From Lytechinus pictus (Eukaryota): 64,000 nt of DNA. Below, in pieces: positions 59,094-64,000 of the stretch. Where the stretch lies: the NCBI RefSeq assembly GCF_037042905.1, contig NC_087245.1, positions 17,422,001 through 17,486,000 of the forward strand. The letters are read 5' to 3'. The translations under genes and the position numbers were made by a program. The notes below the pieces were generated by a model. The model saw only the letters and a program-made list of their open reading frames with translations. It did not search any database and was not told the DNA's origin. Within the stretch, counting starts at the first letter, position 1, and each line of letters begins with the position of its first letter.

Positions 59094-59609
59094 TTTGCTA
59101 ACTTCCAGGAAACGCCTCGTCATATTTGTTCCAGAGTCTAACATCACTTTTCTTCTTAATCATGGGTGGCAGAGATAGATGTGCTGTCTATAGCTGCAAG
59201 AATTACCACATATTTTATGAAGACAAGTGCAATTTTCTTTCATTTTCGCGCACTGTCTGTGCGTATTTTGAGCTGTGCAGCTGCTGTGCAAATCGTGCTT
59301 GTATGCACGGACCGCGGGCATGCACTCTCGGCCCAGGGGTACGTCGGCGAGGCAGTGGAGGAAACTGGTCCCGGAATTCCAAGCAATAATAAAATGATGA
59401 TCAATAAAACAAACTCTGCAGTAGATTTGATTACTTTATTCTAGTTATATATTTTTGTAATATCAATCGATCAATCAGTCAAGAATACATGTTTTATAAA
59501 TAATTATCTCAATCATGATTTTATTCAGAGTAGGCCTATAAACCGAGCTGTGTTTTCTTTTTCTCTCCACAGATAGGCTACATAATATTATTGCATATTA
59601 TTCAGGATC

Positions 59610-59712
59610 GTGGTAGCCGAACCGCCGAACCGAACGGTAGTTCGCCGAACATGGCACTTCCGAACCGAACAGAACCGAACCGAACACTAAGACTTAGTTC
59701 GGAAGTTCGGCA
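59610..59712. repeat. CCGAA(C) repeat cluster, hAT-like subterminal region
   Basis: About 7 direct CCGAAC copies plus inverted GTTCGG. Confidence 0.5.
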
Positions 59713-62700
59713 AAAAAAAAAAAAAAACTGCTTTCAGTTTATAATTTATTTATTTATTTATTTATAAGTTTACACCCTTTCTAATCATTATATTTGCGCA
59801 TTCACTATTTAATCTTCTTTGCAATTGTATGTTGGAAGTATGCGCTTATTTTGCGGTTACTAGATTTTGTTTTCATTTTCATGTTGACATTGTGGTTTTT
59901 ACGGCCCTGATTAAGAAAGGAGATCCGATGAATGATGTTGCGCGAGCTTGCGCTATAATCATTTTACTGGCTTTCATCATCTCTCGCTCTGTGGCCGAAT
60001 CGCCGAAGCATGGTAAAGAAAACAAAAACTGTATGAGTATTCATTGGTTAAATATAATTATCTAAAATATTGTTGTTTTTAGGTGGCGAACAAGATTCTT
60101 GTTTGAAAATCTTCAAAGTATTTTGAATGAACGAGCTCAATAAACTCAAAGTGAAAGATGAAGTACCATTAATATTACGAATTACGATACGATGTGATTA
60201 AGATCGTAACTTGTGTATTGTTGCGGCGGAGAATAAAGATCTGATTGAGGTGATTGACATTATTATTGAGGTGTCGGCTCGCTACTGTCTAGTTTTCATG
60301 ATTTTAGAGAGAAGTAAAGAGTTTTGAAAACGAGAGATCCAGTGAAAGTGGGAAATAAAGTGAGTGACTGTTAGAGATGAAAAGGAGAGACGCAAAACAA
60401 ATAATATAGAAATGAGATGAGGTGAAGTTATCTTTTTTATTATTAACAATCAGATGAAAATAAAAATCAAACACTCATGAATGATTACGGTATAGCATAT
60501 AGCAAGATCCCATTCCCCTCGTTGACAAGTTGAATGAAGATAAAGCCATGCGGAAACATTCATCTCTTGGGGAAAATGACCCCCAATCTTTACTTTTTTT
60601 TCCTTTCTTATCAACTTCTCAAATTAACCATAAACAATTCGATGATCACTCTACTCCCCCTGTCCCATTACAGTCGTAAAACTTTGCATCCCACTTGGTC
60701 TGTATGTTCATGGTCGAATGAAATCTGACCAATGAAATCATAGAAATCTCGGGAATTGCTCTTCAATCAGTGAGCTGAGTTTCGCGAGCAGACAAAGCAC
60801 GTGGCTGTATGTACCGATGCGACAATCAGCGACATGTGATTGGTGGTTTAGTTCACCCATTGAGCCAATTAGCGAAAGGCGCATTACATAAGCACGTTTT
60901 CTTCGACACGCCCCTGGCCCTACTATGCCTACAGTTCAGTGCACTGGCGCTGGCCGCCTCGTATGTGATGCAATTGCCAATCACGTTTGGCCGGACTGTA
61001 TATATAAATATTCATGAGCTCAGAGTCCCGCTACAAGGGGACTGCATGCGCTGGCCTAGCTGGTACGAGTGCGAGCGTAGTTAATTTGGCAAGTATCCAA
61101 AGTGTGGTCCAGGTATGGACGACTAGGAAGAGTCGCCATTTTAGAACTGAGTTACCCAATAAATCTGTCATCAGATAATCAAATTCGAGATAACAGTTGA
61201 TTCGTTGAGCACAAGATAGAGATAAAATGGTTTGATGTGACAGAGGTACACGCGAGCACATGCAGTCAATCAAGTACAAATTGTCTACCGGTACGCTACG
61301 TATATCTGAATGAACTATAGCCTATTAGGGTGTCCGGACCTGATTTATATCTTCGGATCGGGTTTGAATTACGTGTTATGACTGTATTCAATTGAAAGAG
61401 AAAATTTCACTCTTACCAACTGCTAAATTTGATGTGGTAAATCCATTTCACAGCAAAATTATAAGCGAACGAAAATTTACATTTTTTCCGCCGATTAGAG
61501 CCCAAAAGCCTCTCAAAATGTGGTCATCCACGGTACGCGATCATGTCTTTTTCAGGAATCTCCGGAGGAGGAGTCTCCGCGAATGTTGCTTATGACGTCA
61601 GCGCGCCATGTTTATCACGCGCCACAGCTCATGAATATACATCAAAAGTTCGCTTAACGCACCCGTACGGGTGCGTTTAGGTCAAATGCATGTCACGTCG
61701 GAGATATGAGAGAGTCAGGAGCAACGCTCCTTGGAGAGAAAGGGAGAGAGAGAGAGCGAAGGAGACAATACTTACGTGCAGAGCCCACGGGATTTGAGAG
61801 AAGATGAGAGAGACAGACAGAAAAATTATAATGAAATGTGTCTGGATTTTGTGTGCATCACGAGTGTGTGCATTTTCGTGGAGTCAATGTACATGTGAGT
61901 CTGAATAACATGCAACACGTGGCTCTTGACCAGTCATGGAAATTTCCATTGTTGATGTTTATGTCTGAGCGTGGTGTCTGGGCTGAGAGAATGTGGCACG
62001 TGTATGTGATTTGCATGTGATGTACAATGCATTTTATCGAGTGTATCAATTACAGATCAACTTGATTCACTCTAATGTATTCCCCTAAAGGCGAGATGGG
62101 GGGGGGGGGCGTCAAAGAGTGAGAATATGTCCGATCGTAAGTATTTTAATGGTTTGCCATTTTAAGTTAATGCCTGAATCTCCCTTTTTCGTATGATTCC
62201 AGTTGATTCTTAAAAACTATTAAATGTTTGTAATGAGGCGCTGGTTGGGGAGCAAGGTGGAGGGGGGGGGGGCATATTCCCACCCCAGTCCTGCCCGCAA
62301 CCATTCAATCACTTTGTGCATGATTGTCAGAAAATTCTTGAGTTGCCAAGTGTTTCCGAGAATGGTTACCATTTTTTATTGTTGTATTTTGCTAGTCAAA
62401 AAAGTCTTCCCCCCCCCCCCCATTCTGCTAATTCCTGGTAAATTGACCCCTTTTCTTTATATCTTGTAAAATTTCAATCTCCATTGGTTGGTGTTGATTC
62501 CAACTTAACTTCATGATTTAATTGATTGGCGTGCATTGCGAGTTGTAACTTTTTATTCAATGATAATTCAATCTCCCTGGTTTTGATTTGTATAAGATCT
62601 ACTGGAGCTATAACTGGGATCCATTTCATTATCCGAATATGGTAACGGGGTTCGTGCTCTACAATAATCCACTTTTTCCCACGATATAAACAAATATTAA

Positions 62701-64000
62701 AGACTCACTATAAATCAGGCCATCTGGACAAGAGACGGATCCAACATTTTCCAATGGGAGGGGGGGGGGCACATTTTCCCCGATGAAAAAAAAAGTTTTC
62801 ACGGAAAACGAAGGGTATTTCGTCGACAATAAAAGTTTGTCCTCACTTTTAAGGGGGGGGAGGGGGAGGGACATTACTGTTTTAACGGCATTTAATTTTC
62901 CATTTCAAATTTTAATTGTACCTCTCAAAAGAGGGGGACGCCCCGGCTGTACCCCCCCCCTGGATCCGCCAGTGATCTGGACCCCTGCAGTGGCAGATCT
63001 ACCTCTTTGCTAAGGGGGGTGACAAGTTGGTTTGACACAACGAGCTGCGACGAGTAATTGCGTCCTACCTCCCCCCCCCCTTTCTGTTCGCGCAACTGTC
63101 TTAAAGACCCCTAAAGAGTGAAAGGGGTGTTGAAGTTTGATCCTACACCCCCGGTCCTATACTCCGTTATTATTATTATTATTATTATTATCATTTAGGT
63201 TAGCCCTGAGCTGGCCACCACCACCCCCCCCCCCCCCCCCCCCCCCCCAGATCCGCTATACCGCCCTGGGAAAACGCTCATTTTACATGAAGCCATCCTC
63301 GTATCATGTCACTCATTCATGCATGCCCCCATTCTGACCTCTACTCTCATTCCAGACTAAATGTAAACAATGGTCACCTGCATACTATCTTGACCGCCGG
63401 TCACCATGGTAACTGACATTCCAACGTATGCTCAGTCGAAGTAGGGTCCGTAGTTGAATGATCTCGGTCAAAATGAGCAAAATATTTAGAGACGGCTCTT
63501 TTGTTGGATTTACTGAACGGTAATTGGATTTACTTGGAATATTAGAGACGAAAAGCTTGTGGCTTGTTTGCCCCTCGTCACTTTGGATAATCTCTGGTAG
63601 GGTAACAATTTGAGTGGACGGTTTTTCACGGGGGGGGGGGGGTTCCATACCTCTCAAAAGCTTATTTGAACATGCAGATACTTAGATTGTACATCAGGTG
63701 AGATACACGAAGACGTGATGATTTTTAGCTATTTTGTGACCGTGACTGTAAGGGTGCAAGTTGGTGTCGAGGGGGGGGGGGTTGAATTTACAACGGTGCA
63801 TGCGATCTGCATTGTTTAGAAATGCTCTTTTTTTTACAAGTGAAGTAATATTGACATTAACCAAAACTTTATTTAATATGGCCATCATTTTGTATTTTTG
63901 AATAAAATGTAATTTTTTGTTCATAGCTGAGTCGGTTGCTCCGGCATCAGCGGATGCAGACCAATGGAACATCGCCGGCCGACTCTTCAATATTTTGTCT

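Noticed and set aside
59700-64000. Protein-coding gene at the right end
   Set aside because: Only short low-complexity ORFs and G/C-tract repeats; no recognisable exon.

Overview
Eukaryotic (metazoan) genomic DNA, AT-rich, with two assembly gaps. It is most likely an echinoderm such as a sea urchin; this is inferred from the gene sequences and repeat families. Three host genes are present: (1) the first coding exon of an RJL/DNAJC27-like small GTPase on the minus strand, running off the left edge; (2) a complete Beclin-1 gene with 11 coding exons on the plus strand (CDS 10672-20877, 451 aa); (3) a convergent Mediator subunit 1 (MED1) gene on the minus strand, with about 16 coding exons, about 2380 aa and a 5.55 kb terminal exon carrying the LxxLL boxes. 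The rest is dense with mobile DNA: a 5'-truncated CR1-type LINE with an intact frame, three tRNA-derived SINEs, 9-bp-TSD foldback elements near promoters, TTAA-, TA- and TWA-target MITEs, and a 7.7 kb non-coding Harbinger-like element. Two signals stand out. First, a rearranged Tc1 transposon in a MED1 intron forms a 646-bp near-perfect inverted repeat containing transposase coding sequence, a candidate Mu-killer-like hairpin silencing locus. Second, palindromic TA-xxxx-TA octamers are strongly enriched and spatially partitioned (TACATGTA in gene bodies, TAGATCTA/TAACGTTA near transcription starts), resembling transposon excision footprints. All coordinates and counts were derived by eye.
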